Shown: one piece after another, positions 26,901 to 35,827 of the stretch | How the letters are laid out: every line of letters starts with the position of its first letter | Numbering within the stretch: position 1 is the first letter of the stretch | Source of the DNA: an uncultured Verrucomicrobiota bacterium | GTDB taxonomy: Bacteria; Verrucomicrobiota; Verrucomicrobiia; Limisphaerales; UBA9464 | Direction of reading: 5' to 3' | Length of the DNA: 64,000 nt | Assembly (NCBI GenBank): GCA_964602595.1 | Contig: CAZRRO010000012.1 | Coordinates: 4,314-68,313 of the forward strand | The notes under the pieces: model-generated | What the model was told of the DNA's origin: nothing | What the model saw: only the letters and a program-made list of their open reading frames with translations | Databases searched by the model: none | Position numbers and translations under genes: made by a program

Positions 26901-29498
26901 TTTGCCGAGCTGGATGACGGCCGTGCCGTCGACGAAAAGCTCCTGCTTGTCCTTGAGCTGCCGCACCGCGTCCTGCTGGACGGTCTTGAGCCGGCCTTGC
27001 AGGTCGTCTGCCTTCACGGAATCGCCCAGCGCCAACAACTGGTCGATCGTCTCGCGGACCTTCGCCGTCATCAGATCCGACGCCATGTAGGTGTGGATCT
27101 CCTCCAGCGACTTGAACCCGGCGAGGCGGTTCTGGACGACCTTGAGGATGCGTTCGGCGGCGGTCAGCAGCGCGCCGGCGCGTTTGTTGCGCTGCTCGAC
27201 GAGCGCGATCTTCCGCTGCTCGAAGGCCTCGTAGAACTCGGTGCGGCGGTCGGAAAGCTGGACGGTGTATTCGTCGAACCCGGCGAAGGCGCCCTCCATC
27301 TCCTCCAACTGGACGGTGAGGCGGTTGAGATACTCGTCGCATTTCTCCGGCGTATCGCAGAGGTCCAGGTAGCTGGAAGCGGACTGGCCGAGGAGCTTGA
27401 GCTGCGCGTTGAACTGGGCCGCGCTCTCTGAGGCCACGAGCGCCTGAAGATGCTTCTTCAGCGCGGCCTTGACCTGGTTCAGCGTCGAATAGACCGCCGT
27501 GATGCTGTCGATGATGCGCGTGGTCTCGGTCGCGTCGTCGATCTTCAGGCTGTTGACGATCTCGATGAGCATCTCCAGCTCGCCGCCCGCGTCGGCCACG
27601 GCCTTCTCCAGCTTCCGGCCGTCGGCCACCTTCGCAACCTTGTCCACGGAAGCGAGGTGTTCGGCAGCCTGCTTGCGGTAGGGTTCGAGCGCCTCGGGCT
27701 TCAGCAGGAACTTCACGCACTGCGCGGAAAGCTCGGCGAGCTGGGCGGTCACGGCCTGCTCCAGCGTCTCGATGGCGGCGACGTCGATGTAGCGGACCTC
27801 GCGCGTGGTGATCAGTTCGCCCCGGAGATGGCGGAGCGCGGCGAGGTTATGGACGAAGTCCTCCAGCTTGGAGAACGCCGCCCGGCGCGCTGCCTGGAAG
27901 CGTTCTTCGCAACGTTTCTTCACGTCGGCCAGCTTCAGGACGGCCTCGTGCTGGAGCCGGCGGACCTTGGCGAATTCATCGACCGCCTTGTCCGCGATCT
28001 CGCGGAGCTGCTGGAGCGCGTCGTTGATCTGGAACCCATCCGCGCTGGCGAGCCAAGGATAGGCGTCAAGCATCGCGGTGCAGCGGCGAACGAGGTCGGA
28101 ATACAGCTCGGCGTAGGGCGTCTCCTTGCCGGCGAGGGTCAGCACCTCGTTGCACTCGGCGAGACAACGGACCACGTCCTTGTTGCCGACCTGGTAGAGG
28201 AAGGCGTCCTTCTGCCCGGCCGGTTCGTGGCCGAGCTGGTAGAAGGGCGTCTGGCGAAGCTGGATCTGGTGGTGCTTCTGCGGCACGTCGTCCGCGCGGA
28301 AGAGGATGAGCTGGCCGTTGGGAAACAGCGCGAAGCCATGGCAGGCGATGCGTTCCTCCACCTTCTGCTCGATCAGCCGGTAGGGCATCAGCACGTATTC
28401 GCCCGAGGCGCGGGCATAGAAGACGTAGAGCGAGTCCTCGCCGTTGGGCGAATGGACCACGCGCTCCAGGATCATGCCGGTTTCCTTCGAGTCGAAGCGC
28501 TTCAGCTCGCCGGTGCCGAGATAGTAGCCGTCGGGGAAGATCAGCCCGTGTTCCTCCGGCAAACGCACGCAGGAATCGCCGATGGAATCCACCCGCACGA
28601 CGGAGCGGAGCTTCTCGTTGAAGATGAAGAAGCGGGCGGCGGTTTCCTTGTAGGGCCGGATCTTGAGCAGGATCAGATGGTCCAGCTCGGCGAAGGCGAT
28701 CTCGGCGTCGTCCACCTTCTGGTGGCGGTCGTCCACGGGTTCCGAGTAGATGCCCTCGCCGGTGGCGGTGTTGTCCTCGACCTTGATGGTCAGGTCGCCA
28801 CCGACGCACTCGACGAAGACGCGTTCCGCGATGGAGACGTGCGGATGGTCGCCGTAGCGGTAGGACTCGCGGTCGGGCGTCTGCCAGCGGAAATCGTGCG
28901 TGGCCGGATAACCGACGCGGCGGTATTCCGCCTCCGCGCGGCCGTCCAGGTAACGGAGGTTGCCGTCGTTGAAGGCCCACTTGAAGACGGCGTAGTCGTT
29001 GAGCGACGCGCCGGTGCCGAACTTGGCGTAAAGGTTCGCGCCGATGACGGCGAATTTCCGGAACGCGGTCTTCTCGTAGACGTTGTAGAGGCGCTTGAAG
29101 TCGGTGACGAACTGCTTGTCCTGGAGCGGCTCCAGCGACTCCTCCTTGAACCCGCCCGTGGCCTCGTCGCGCCGGTAGATGGCGAAGACGTCCGCCAGGT
29201 CCATCTCCTTCTTGAGGCCGAAGCGGACGTTGAAGGCGAAGAGGAACCGGCCGTGCCCGAGCTGGACCATGTCGCGCGGGATGCAGTTGTGCGCGGTGGT
29301 GACGCGGTCGGCCTGGAGCAGCTTGGATTCGATGCGCCCGAAGACCTCCTGCCGCCGGGCGTCGAGCTGGCCCATGCGCTCGCGCAACGTCGCCGAGTTC
29401 GCCGCCAACCGCTGCCGGATGATCTCGTAGGTCGCACCGGCGAGGGCGGAGGGGGCGGGAGCGGGCGAGGGTTGGGCTGGTTGATTGGGTTCAGCCAT
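23958..29498 (-). CDS. Giant (1846 aa) multidomain protein with embedded AAA_5 (MoxR/midasin/dynein-like) ATPase core, long coiled coils and C-terminal tandem ~33-aa repeats
   Basis: Single uninterrupted ORF with consistent codon bias. Walker A LLLISPPGYGKTTLLEY lies at nt ~25590. Walker B ALICIDDIQHCNPEFLQKFISLCDGQRKIEG...VVVVMAGNP lies at ~25400; this is the AAA_5 pattern DEIN...LLE...ATxNP. No TM segments. Confidence 0.8.
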   Translation of the reverse strand: MAEPNQPAQPSPAPAPSALAGATYEIIRQRLAANSATLRERMGQLDARRQEVFGRIESKLLQADRVTTAHNCIPRDMVQLGHGRFLFAFNVRFGLKKEMDLADVFAIYRRDEATGGFKEESLEPLQDKQFVTDFKRLYNVYEKTAFRKFAVIGANLYAKFGTGASLNDYAVFKWAFNDGNLRYLDGRAEAEYRRVGYPATHDFRWQTPDRESYRYGDHPHVSIAERVFVECVGGDLTIKVEDNTATGEGIYSEPVDDRHQKVDDAEIAFAELDHLILLKIRPYKETAARFFIFNEKLRSVVRVDSIGDSCVRLPEEHGLIFPDGYYLGTGELKRFDSKETGMILERVVHSPNGEDSLYVFYARASGEYVLMPYRLIEQKVEERIACHGFALFPNGQLILFRADDVPQKHHQIQLRQTPFYQLGHEPAGQKDAFLYQVGNKDVVRCLAECNEVLTLAGKETPYAELYSDLVRRCTAMLDAYPWLASADGFQINDALQQLREIADKAVDEFAKVRRLQHEAVLKLADVKKRCEERFQAARRAAFSKLEDFVHNLAALRHLRGELITTREVRYIDVAAIETLEQAVTAQLAELSAQCVKFLLKPEALEPYRKQAAEHLASVDKVAKVADGRKLEKAVADAGGELEMLIEIVNSLKIDDATETTRIIDSITAVYSTLNQVKAALKKHLQALVASESAAQFNAQLKLLGQSASSYLDLCDTPEKCDEYLNRLTVQLEEMEGAFAGFDEYTVQLSDRRTEFYEAFEQRKIALVEQRNKRAGALLTAAERILKVVQNRLAGFKSLEEIHTYMASDLMTAKVRETIDQLLALGDSVKADDLQGRLKTVQQDAVRQLKDKQELFVDGTAVIQLGKHKFNVNTQPLDLTIVQRDGQPHFHLTSTKYFDAITDADYLATRQVWDQEVISENAEVYRAEYLAWQMLGASKLEDFLALSEEQRLVAVQEFMAARYQDGYTKGLHDIDGARIFTVLAETHLALQRARFRPEARACAVVYWSRFCPAETRALWTAKLKAFGERNRLFPGDPVQQDYVIALQKLIGEFLKTQPLYPETLAAEAGEYLFQELSDGESFTVTREADQLATAFQQHLVAKGHDDTFAAARAALNGHPSSELELVRDWVKGFLLSGSRRGNEAEGASNSSTDVRLLTSAATSHLEETTAILFCGDALPRTPVHAESRRVLEALRGAHPRIEANRYTFDYLDFTARLRRFETEAVPRFEAYHRLKGQLLDRERKRLRLDEFKPRVLSSFVRNQLTDRVYLPMVGDNLAKQIGAAGAAKRTDLMGLLLLISPPGYGKTTLLEYVASRLGIVFVKINGPAIGHAVTSLDPEEAPNAAAREEISKLNLALEMGDNALICIDDIQHCNPEFLQKFISLCDGQRKIEGVWRKQPRTYDLRGRKVVVVMAGNPYTESGQKFKIPDMLANRADTYNLGDVIGANAEWFKASYLENAVTSNAVLAPLAVRSQADIRAFVRMAETGQRTAEGLEGTYSAQELDEVLSVMKKLVAIRDVVMRVNEEYIASAGQADEFRTEPAFKLQGSYRNMNRLAEKVAAIMNDDEVRALVIGHYRGESQTLTTGAEANLLRFKELIGELKPDEAARWADIKKTFQRNQFTRGTDQNDPVGRVVAQLSLFQTGLESIQTTLAIAAAKPKDPVVLDVSSLGQSLESLRTTVAAAASRPQAPITLDLGSIGQSLESLRTTLEERLGRVIAAAATPGAAPVPAPESTAGIEKFGAQLGEGLKALGEDLSRTVSAAQGSAVTGKIDSLSHEMEMIHSTLASLKDLATQQRDHLRTAQELLATRAKQGTVEVEITQEMLANEHTFVERFHKVLEEAQKPKT

Positions 29499-29612
29499 GA
29501 GTCAGCGGGGAAAGACGGGATGCGTGGGGCGGTCGGGCGGCTGGTTTGCCGCCTGAACGGCTGCCAGCTATTGGCCGGGAGTTGAGGCAAGCGGTGCGAA
29601 CGGGATGCGGAA

Positions 29613-29813
29613 GGTGCGGAGCACCGCCAGAAAGTAGCGCACAGCGTAAGCTGTGGGTTTCGTGTGGACCAATTGCGAGCCCCGGAGGGGCGAAAGAAAG
29701 TCTGGGCCAGATCGATTGAGCGACACACTGCCGCCCCTCCGGAGCTGGAACTTTAATGGGGACGCTGACCCACAGCTCACGCTGTGGGCTACTATCTGCC
29801 GCCGCTCCGCGGC
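29613..29813. repeat. Composite palindromic REP/BIME-like element, copy A (~201 bp)
   Basis: Terminal inverted repeats ggtgcggagcaccgcc ... ggcggcggctccgc. Internal hairpins gcacagcgtaagctgtggg and cccacagctcacgctgtggg. Internal stem ccccggaggggcg...cgcccctccgg. It shares >85% of modules with copy B. Confidence 0.6.
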
Positions 29814-29858
29814 TGCCCGAACCCACCAACGTCCGGCTTGATTGGATGAGTTCCATCT

Positions 29859-30311
29859 TCATTCAAACACGTAACGCTCGTCGTATTCGATCTCATGCCT
29901 CTTCAGGAACGAGATCAGCTCTTCCTGAAACGAACCCTTCCGGTGGTGTTCGTCCTGCCCGGCAATGTAGTCCAACACTCCCTGCTTTTGGGAAACGCTC
30001 ACGCTGAACGCCGAATAGCCGAGCTGCCATGCGAACGCCCGTTGCTCTGGGAAGTTCTCATGCACCCATTTGGAGGAATTCGCCTTCAACTTCCCGACGA
30101 AATCGGACGGAGCGGCAGTAGCGGGCAGCGAAGCGAGAATGTGGACATGATCAGCGACGCCGTTGATGAGCAAGGCAACGCCGCCGAGCTCCCGGATGAT
30201 CCCGCCCATGTAGGGAAACACCCGCGCCCGCAGGTCGGGAGTCAGCATCGGCCGACGATCCTTCGAGCTGAACACGATGTGGTTCAGTAGTTGGGTGTAG
30301 GTGCGGGGCAT
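29859..30311 (-). CDS. REP-associated tyrosine transposase (IS200/IS605-family Y1 HuH transposase, RAYT)
   Basis: 150 aa; HuH motif ADHVHILASLP; catalytic Tyr region YIAGQDEHHRK. Flanked on both sides by the REP/BIME copies. Confidence 0.8.
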   Translation of the reverse strand: MPRTYTQLLNHIVFSSKDRRPMLTPDLRARVFPYMGGIIRELGGVALLINGVADHVHILASLPATAAPSDFVGKLKANSSKWVHENFPEQRAFAWQLGYSAFSVSVSQKQGVLDYIAGQDEHHRKGSFQEELISFLKRHEIEYDERYVFE

Positions 30312-30388
30312 GGAGGCAATGATCCTCGGACTAAGCGGATCGGAACGGGAGAAGACGAGCAGCGCGAGAGCCGTGGTTTCATCTCGGA

Positions 30389-30589
30389 GGTGCGGAGCAC
30401 CGGCAGACAGGAGCCCACAGCGTCAGCCGTGGGTTGCGTGGTCAAGCAGGACAAACCCCGGAGGGGCGAAAGAGTGCGAAGGCCATGCTTTGATCGTGTG
30501 ATTCTGCCGCCCCTCCGGGGCTTCGGAACCAGAGGGGACGGGAACCCACAGCTCACGCTGTGGGCTACTTTCTTTCGGCGCTCCGCGCC
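30389..30589. repeat. Composite palindromic REP/BIME-like element, copy B (~201 bp)
   Basis: Same modular structure as copy A: ggtgcggagcaccgg ... cccacagcgtcagccgtggg ... ccccggaggggcgaaaga ... ctgccgcccctccgg ... cccacagctcacgctgtgggctactttct ... cggcgctccgcgcc. Confidence 0.6.
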
Positions 30590-30627
30590 TGAAGAAATTT
30601 TCCGCGGCCTAAAGGGCTTTGCAGGTT

Positions 30628-30888
30628 TCACGGCTGAACTCCCGGAGCAATTCCTTCGTAGCCTTCAGCGATTCGATCCCGTGCGGCCTTGATCAGGACC
30701 GCATAGCTCGGGTCGAACATTGTAGACAGCGATTTGTCCAGCTCTGCTGAAAGATGGCTCACCGCGATGAACTCAGCGTTGTGTCGAAGGATCAGCGTTT
30801 CTTCGTCACCGTCGAAGAACCGAGACATGAACTCATAAAGAACAAGTGCTTCGTCTCGAGTCAGACTGATGGTTACGCAATCGTTCAT
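30628..30888 (-). CDS. Hypothetical 86-aa protein between flotillin and the RAYT insertion
   Basis: ORF with good codon bias, co-oriented with and 35 nt downstream of flotillin. No recognisable motif. Confidence 0.4.
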   Translation of the reverse strand: MNDCVTISLTRDEALVLYEFMSRFFDGDEETLILRHNAEFIAVSHLSAELDKSLSTMFDPSYAVLIKAARDRIAEGYEGIAPGVQP

Positions 30889-30922
30889 GCGATGATTCCG
30901 ATCGGATCGAATCGGGGCAGTC

Positions 30923-33079
30923 TCAGGCTTTCACCACCGTCTCCGCCTTCACCTCACCTAGTCCCTTTTCCTTCACCAGCGCGAGGGCAGACTTGATGGT
31001 GGCCTTTACACCGGCGTCGTCGGTGGAGGCGACGAGTTTGGCGAGCAGGGCGGACAGCGTGAGGTTCTTCAGATCCTCGGTATTGATGCCGAAGTCGGCG
31101 ACCCATTGGCGGAGCTGGGTCTTGAAGTGCTCGGGATCGCCGTTGAAAAAGGTCTCCTTGATGTCGGTGAGCGTGGCGCTGTTCTGCACCATCCGGTCCA
31201 CGGATTTCCCGGTGCCGATGCTGCGGACGATCTTCTCGAAGAAGTCGTTCTCGCCGCCGACGATGTCGATCTTGGCGGTCTTGAGCGCCTCGGAGACGAC
31301 GCTGGCGTTGGCCTGGGCCACGTCGCGCTGGACGTTGATGGCGGCGAGCTCGACGTCGCGTTCCTTCTGGAGGCGGAGCTTGAACTCCTCGTGCTCCTGG
31401 CCGGCGGCGTGGAGCAGCTTCATGGCGTCGGCCTTCAGGTGGATGGACTTCGCCTCCGCGGTGCCGCGGGCCTCGATGCCGGTGGCGATGGCGAGTTCCT
31501 TCTCCTTCGTGCCTTCGGCCTCGGCTTCGGCCTGGGTCTGGGTATTGGACGCCTGGACAGCGCCCTTGGCCTTGATGACGTCGGCTTCGGCCAAACCGAC
31601 TTCCTTGATGGCAGCGGCTTCGGATTTACGGGCGCTGGCCTTGGCCATGGTGACCTTCGCTTCGGCGAGTCCCTTGGCGGCTTCGCGCGCAGCGGTGCCT
31701 TCGGCTTCCTGCTCGGCGGCGTGGCGGCGCTTGTCGGCGACTTTGGCCTCGGCGTCGGCCGTGGTCTGGAGACGTTCGGCATCGCGCAAGGCGGCTTCGC
31801 GGCTGGCCTCGGCGGCGGTGATGGTCTTGATCTTGTCGGCCTCGGCGAGGTTGCGCTCGACCTCCTTCTGGGCCTCGGAGGCGACGACCTTCTCGGTCTG
31901 GTCCTTCTTGGCGTTCATCTCCGCCTCGATGAGCGTGACCTCGCGGACGCGCTCGGCGGTCATGCGGGCTTCGATGTTGCGCTTCTCCTCCTCCTGCTGG
32001 GTGACGGCCTTCTGCTCGGCGACGACGGTGGCGCGCTTGCGTTCCACTTCGACGGCGGCCTCGTTGACCTTCACTTCCTTGTCCATCTCGGCGAGCGAGA
32101 CGGTGCGCTCGCGGCGGACGCGGGCTTCCTCGCCTTCTTGGACGGCTTCCTGTTCTAGGCGCTGCTTCTCCTTCTTCACGGTGAACTCACGCTCCTGCAC
32201 GGCGCGGTTCATGTCCTCGGTGCGGAGGCGGATGGATTCCTCGGCTTCCAGGCGCTTGGCTTCGACTTCTTGACGGCGGGCTTCGATGACCTTGCGGGCC
32301 TCGGCTTCCTCGTTCGCCTTCACCTCGTTGATGGCGCGGGTCTGCTTGGCGGTGTCCTCCTCATTGCGGCGGCGCTGCTCGCGCTTGGCGATGTCGGCGT
32401 CGGCGTTCTCCTTCTCGACCTGCACCTGGGCGCGTTGTGAAAACTCGTTGGCGATGACGCGTTCGCGCTGGGTGATCTCGGTGATCTTCTTGATGCCCTC
32501 GGAATCGAGCACGTTGCTCGGGTCATGCTGGTCGAGCGGGGTCTGCTCGAGGTAGTCGATCGCGACATCTTGGAGGAAAAAGCCGTCCAGGTCCTTGCCG
32601 ATGGTGGCCTGGATCTGCTCGCGGAACTTGATGCGTTCGGTGAAGAGCTCGTGGAACTCCATCTGTTTGCCGGCGGTCTTGAGCGCCTCGGAGAACTTCG
32701 CCTCGAACAGCTCGCGCAGCTGGGCCATGTCGGACACGCGGTCGACACCGAGCATCTGGGAAACCTTCTTCACGCTCTCCTCGGTCGCTTCGACGCGGAT
32801 GTAGAAGGCGACGGAGATGTCGGCACGTATGTTGTCCTTGCAAACGAGGCCGTCCTTGCCCTTGCGGTGGATCTCCAGCTTCTTCACGGAGATGTCCATC
32901 TCCTCGAAGTTCTGCACGACGGGAATGCGCACCATGTAATCGAAGGCGACCCGCAGGCCGCCCCAGCCGACGCTGATGCCGGCCTTGCCGGGATGGATTT
33001 TACGGATGAGCAGGGCTGCGGTGACGAGGCCCACAAGCAGGAGTGCGACGACTCCGGCGATGATGAGGACGTAAAACAT
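30923..33079 (-). CDS. Flotillin-family (SPFH/band-7) protein with long Glu/Ala/Lys-rich coiled coil
   Basis: N-terminal TM MFYVLIIAGVVALLLVGLVTAALL; SPFH domain VPVVQNFEEMDISVKKLEIHRKGKDGLVCKDNIRADISVAFYIRV; ~350-aa EA-repeat coiled coil; C-terminal flotillin tail. Antisense ORFs in this region are low-complexity artefacts. Confidence 0.85.
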   Translation of the reverse strand: MFYVLIIAGVVALLLVGLVTAALLIRKIHPGKAGISVGWGGLRVAFDYMVRIPVVQNFEEMDISVKKLEIHRKGKDGLVCKDNIRADISVAFYIRVEATEESVKKVSQMLGVDRVSDMAQLRELFEAKFSEALKTAGKQMEFHELFTERIKFREQIQATIGKDLDGFFLQDVAIDYLEQTPLDQHDPSNVLDSEGIKKITEITQRERVIANEFSQRAQVQVEKENADADIAKREQRRRNEEDTAKQTRAINEVKANEEAEARKVIEARRQEVEAKRLEAEESIRLRTEDMNRAVQEREFTVKKEKQRLEQEAVQEGEEARVRRERTVSLAEMDKEVKVNEAAVEVERKRATVVAEQKAVTQQEEEKRNIEARMTAERVREVTLIEAEMNAKKDQTEKVVASEAQKEVERNLAEADKIKTITAAEASREAALRDAERLQTTADAEAKVADKRRHAAEQEAEGTAAREAAKGLAEAKVTMAKASARKSEAAAIKEVGLAEADVIKAKGAVQASNTQTQAEAEAEGTKEKELAIATGIEARGTAEAKSIHLKADAMKLLHAAGQEHEEFKLRLQKERDVELAAINVQRDVAQANASVVSEALKTAKIDIVGGENDFFEKIVRSIGTGKSVDRMVQNSATLTDIKETFFNGDPEHFKTQLRQWVADFGINTEDLKNLTLSALLAKLVASTDDAGVKATIKSALALVKEKGLGEVKAETVVKA

Positions 33080-33324
33080 AGACGGGAACGGTTGAGCTAG
33101 GTTGGCGGACGAAAGTGGTTCCTGATTCCGAATCTGCGGCCGAGTCCCGGCCGGCTGGGGTTAAGCAGCGCGGCTTTGGCGACGGGACGGCAGGTGAATT
33201 ACCGGAACAGGTGGGGCGGCGCGAGTGGGATTTCGGAAGGGGAATTGTAACGGCTATGAACCGCATCGGCTTTCTCCACCACTTCGGGGATTACACCGGG
33301 CCCGCCAATTCGTAGCCTTCGCGC

Positions 33325-35796
33325 GTGAGCGTTTCCCTCCCTTCGCAGACCCGGGTTCTCATCATCGGCGGTGGCGTCGCCGGCACCAGCGTGGCGTGGC
33401 ACCTGACCCAGTTGGGCGTGCGCGACGTCGTGCTCGTCGAGCAGAACAAGCTTGCCGGCGGCACCTCGTGGCACGCCGCCGGAATGGTTGGGCGCCTGCG
33501 AGTTTCGAGCAGCATGATGCGGATCAATCAGGACTCCGCCGACCTCTACGCGAAGCTCAAGGACCTCACCGGCCACGACATCGGCTGGCGCATGGTGGGC
33601 AGTCTGTTGCTCGCCCGTAACCACGACCGTGTGGTCCAGTTTCGGCGCACGACGGGCGTTGCCAGCTATCTAGGCGTCGAATGCCACGAAATCACCCCAG
33701 CCGAGGCGCAGGCCAAGTTCTCCTGCATTCGCGTGGACGACCTGGCCGGCGCCTTCTGGATTCCGCATGACGGTCGGGTGCTGCCCGGCGAAGTGCCGTT
33801 GGCGTTGGCCAAAGGCGCCCGGGCGGGCGGGGCACAGGTCGTCGAAGGTGTCCGCGTGACCAAGCTGCTGTCGAACAATGGCCGCGTCACCGGTGCCGAG
33901 ATCAACCTCGGAACCATTCACGCCGAAGTGGTCGTGCTGACGGGCGGCATGTGGACCCGCCAGCTGGCGTTGACCGCAGGCGTGAATATCCCGCTGCATC
34001 CGGTCGAGCATCACTACGTCGTCAGCAATCCGCTCCCGGGCGCCGACGGCAATTGTCCCTGCACGCGCGACATGGACGGCTCGACGTATTTCCGCGGCGA
34101 GGATTTGCCCGAAGGCGGCGGTGGCGTGCTGTTGGGTGCATTCCAGCGCACGACGAAGATCTGGGACGTGGCCCGCGTGCCGGACGATTTCTCTTTTGGC
34201 CTGCTAGAACCGGATTGGGAGAAGTTCAGCGAGCCGCTCGCGCAGGGGTTGCTCCGCATTCCTGGACTGAAGGAAGCCGGTTTCTCGAAATTCGTGAACG
34301 GCCCGGAGAGCTTCACGCCGGACAACAACTTCCTGCTGGGTGAAACCGCGGAACTGCGCGGGCTGTTCGTCGCCGCGGGCTTCAACAGCGCCGGCATCGC
34401 CTGCGCGGGCGGGGCAGGGAAGGCGCTTGCCGAATGGATTCTAGGCGGTGCGATGCCCTACGACCTTACCGGCGTGGACATCCGGCGCTTTGGCGGCTGG
34501 GCCAACAACCGGGCCTTCCTGCGCGACCGCGTGACGGAATCGCTCGGCCTCCACTATGAAATGGCCTGGCCCAATCGCGAGCCCGTGACCGCCCGGAATG
34601 TGCGCCTGAGCCCACTGCACGAACGACTCAAGGCGGCTGGCGCCTGCTTTGGCACCAAGGGTGGATGGGAACGGCCGAACTGGTTTGCGCGGAGTGACTC
34701 CGGCTTCGCCGCTGTGCCGGAAGCCGCCTACAGCTTCGGTCGCCAGAACTGGTTCGCGAATCACGCTTTCGAGCACCGCGCCTGCCGCGAGCGTGTGGCC
34801 GTGTTTGACCAGACGGGCTTCGCCAAGCTGCTCGTGCGCGGAACCGATGCGTGCGCAGTGCTCCAACGGGTTTGCGGCAACAACGTGGATGTTGCGCCCG
34901 GCAAGGTCGTTTACACGGGCCTCTTCACCGAGCGGGGTGGTTTCGAGAGCGACCTGACCGTGGTGCGCGTGAGCCGCGACGAATTTTACCTGATCACCGG
35001 CAGCGCGCAGGCCGCCCGCGACGCGAGCTGGCTGCGCTGGAACCTGAAACCCGGCGAGTGCTGCGAAGTGGTTGATGTGACTGTTGCTTACGCCGTGCTG
35101 GGCGTGATGGGCCCGCGTTCCCGCGAACTGCTTTCCCGGATTGCCGATGCGGATTTGGGCAATGCCGCCTTCCCGTTTGGGACGGCGCAAGTGATCGGCA
35201 TCGGCATGGCCAACGCCCGCGCAGTCCGCCTTACCTACGTGGGCGAACTGGGCTGGGAACTGCACGTTCCCGTGGAGCAGGCCGGCCACGTTTACGATTT
35301 GCTGATGACGACCGGCGCGGACCTCGGGGTCGCGAATGCCGGTCATTATGCGATCAATTCGCTGCGCCTGGAGAAGGGCTACCGGGCCTTCGGTGCGGAG
35401 TTGTCGCCGGACGAAACGCCGTTCGAAGCCGGGCTCGCCTTCGCGGTGGACTTAACGAAGGACTTCTGCGGCCGCGCCGCGATGCTGGCCGCCAAAGAGC
35501 GTCCACGGAAGAAACTGCTGACAACCTTCGTGCTGAACGATCCCGAACCACCCGTGTGGGGCGGCGAGGTCATCTTCCGCAATGGCATTGGCGTGGGCTA
35601 CACGACCAGCGGCAGCTATGGCCACACCGCGGGCGGCGCCATCGCTATGGGCTACGTGAAGAACGGCGGCGAACCCGTCACGCCGGAATGGATCTTGGCC
35701 GGTCGCTACGAACTGCTCGTGGACGGCCGCCGGATCTCGGCTACGCCGCACCTGAAGCCGGTTTACGATCCGAAGCGGGAACGGATTTTGGGCTAG
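33325..35796 (+). CDS. FAD-dependent oxidoreductase fused to GcvT-like aminomethyltransferase domain (dimethylglycine/sarcosine dehydrogenase family)
   Basis: VLIIGGGVAGTSVAWHL dinucleotide fold; C-terminal folate-binding GcvT-like domain (GYTTSGSYGHTAGGAIAMGYV); 823 aa. Confidence 0.8.
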   Translation: MSVSLPSQTRVLIIGGGVAGTSVAWHLTQLGVRDVVLVEQNKLAGGTSWHAAGMVGRLRVSSSMMRINQDSADLYAKLKDLTGHDIGWRMVGSLLLARNHDRVVQFRRTTGVASYLGVECHEITPAEAQAKFSCIRVDDLAGAFWIPHDGRVLPGEVPLALAKGARAGGAQVVEGVRVTKLLSNNGRVTGAEINLGTIHAEVVVLTGGMWTRQLALTAGVNIPLHPVEHHYVVSNPLPGADGNCPCTRDMDGSTYFRGEDLPEGGGGVLLGAFQRTTKIWDVARVPDDFSFGLLEPDWEKFSEPLAQGLLRIPGLKEAGFSKFVNGPESFTPDNNFLLGETAELRGLFVAAGFNSAGIACAGGAGKALAEWILGGAMPYDLTGVDIRRFGGWANNRAFLRDRVTESLGLHYEMAWPNREPVTARNVRLSPLHERLKAAGACFGTKGGWERPNWFARSDSGFAAVPEAAYSFGRQNWFANHAFEHRACRERVAVFDQTGFAKLLVRGTDACAVLQRVCGNNVDVAPGKVVYTGLFTERGGFESDLTVVRVSRDEFYLITGSAQAARDASWLRWNLKPGECCEVVDVTVAYAVLGVMGPRSRELLSRIADADLGNAAFPFGTAQVIGIGMANARAVRLTYVGELGWELHVPVEQAGHVYDLLMTTGADLGVANAGHYAINSLRLEKGYRAFGAELSPDETPFEAGLAFAVDLTKDFCGRAAMLAAKERPRKKLLTTFVLNDPEPPVWGGEVIFRNGIGVGYTTSGSYGHTAGGAIAMGYVKNGGEPVTPEWILAGRYELLVDGRRISATPHLKPVYDPKRERILG

Positions 35797-35827
35797 CTTC
35801 AGTCGGCCGGCGGCGTGGGCTAGAACG

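Noticed and set aside
24777-29585. Series of long + strand ORFs (24777..26051, 26148..27431, 27450..29585)
   Set aside because: Antisense to the single uninterrupted 1846-aa minus-strand gene, which carries Walker A/B motifs. Their translations are Gly/Ala/Arg/Asp repeats.
30993-32273. Long + strand ORFs over the flotillin coiled-coil region
   Set aside because: The reverse complement of an EA-rich coiled-coil yields Ser/Ala/Leu-rich open frames; flotillin SPFH motifs identify the true strand.
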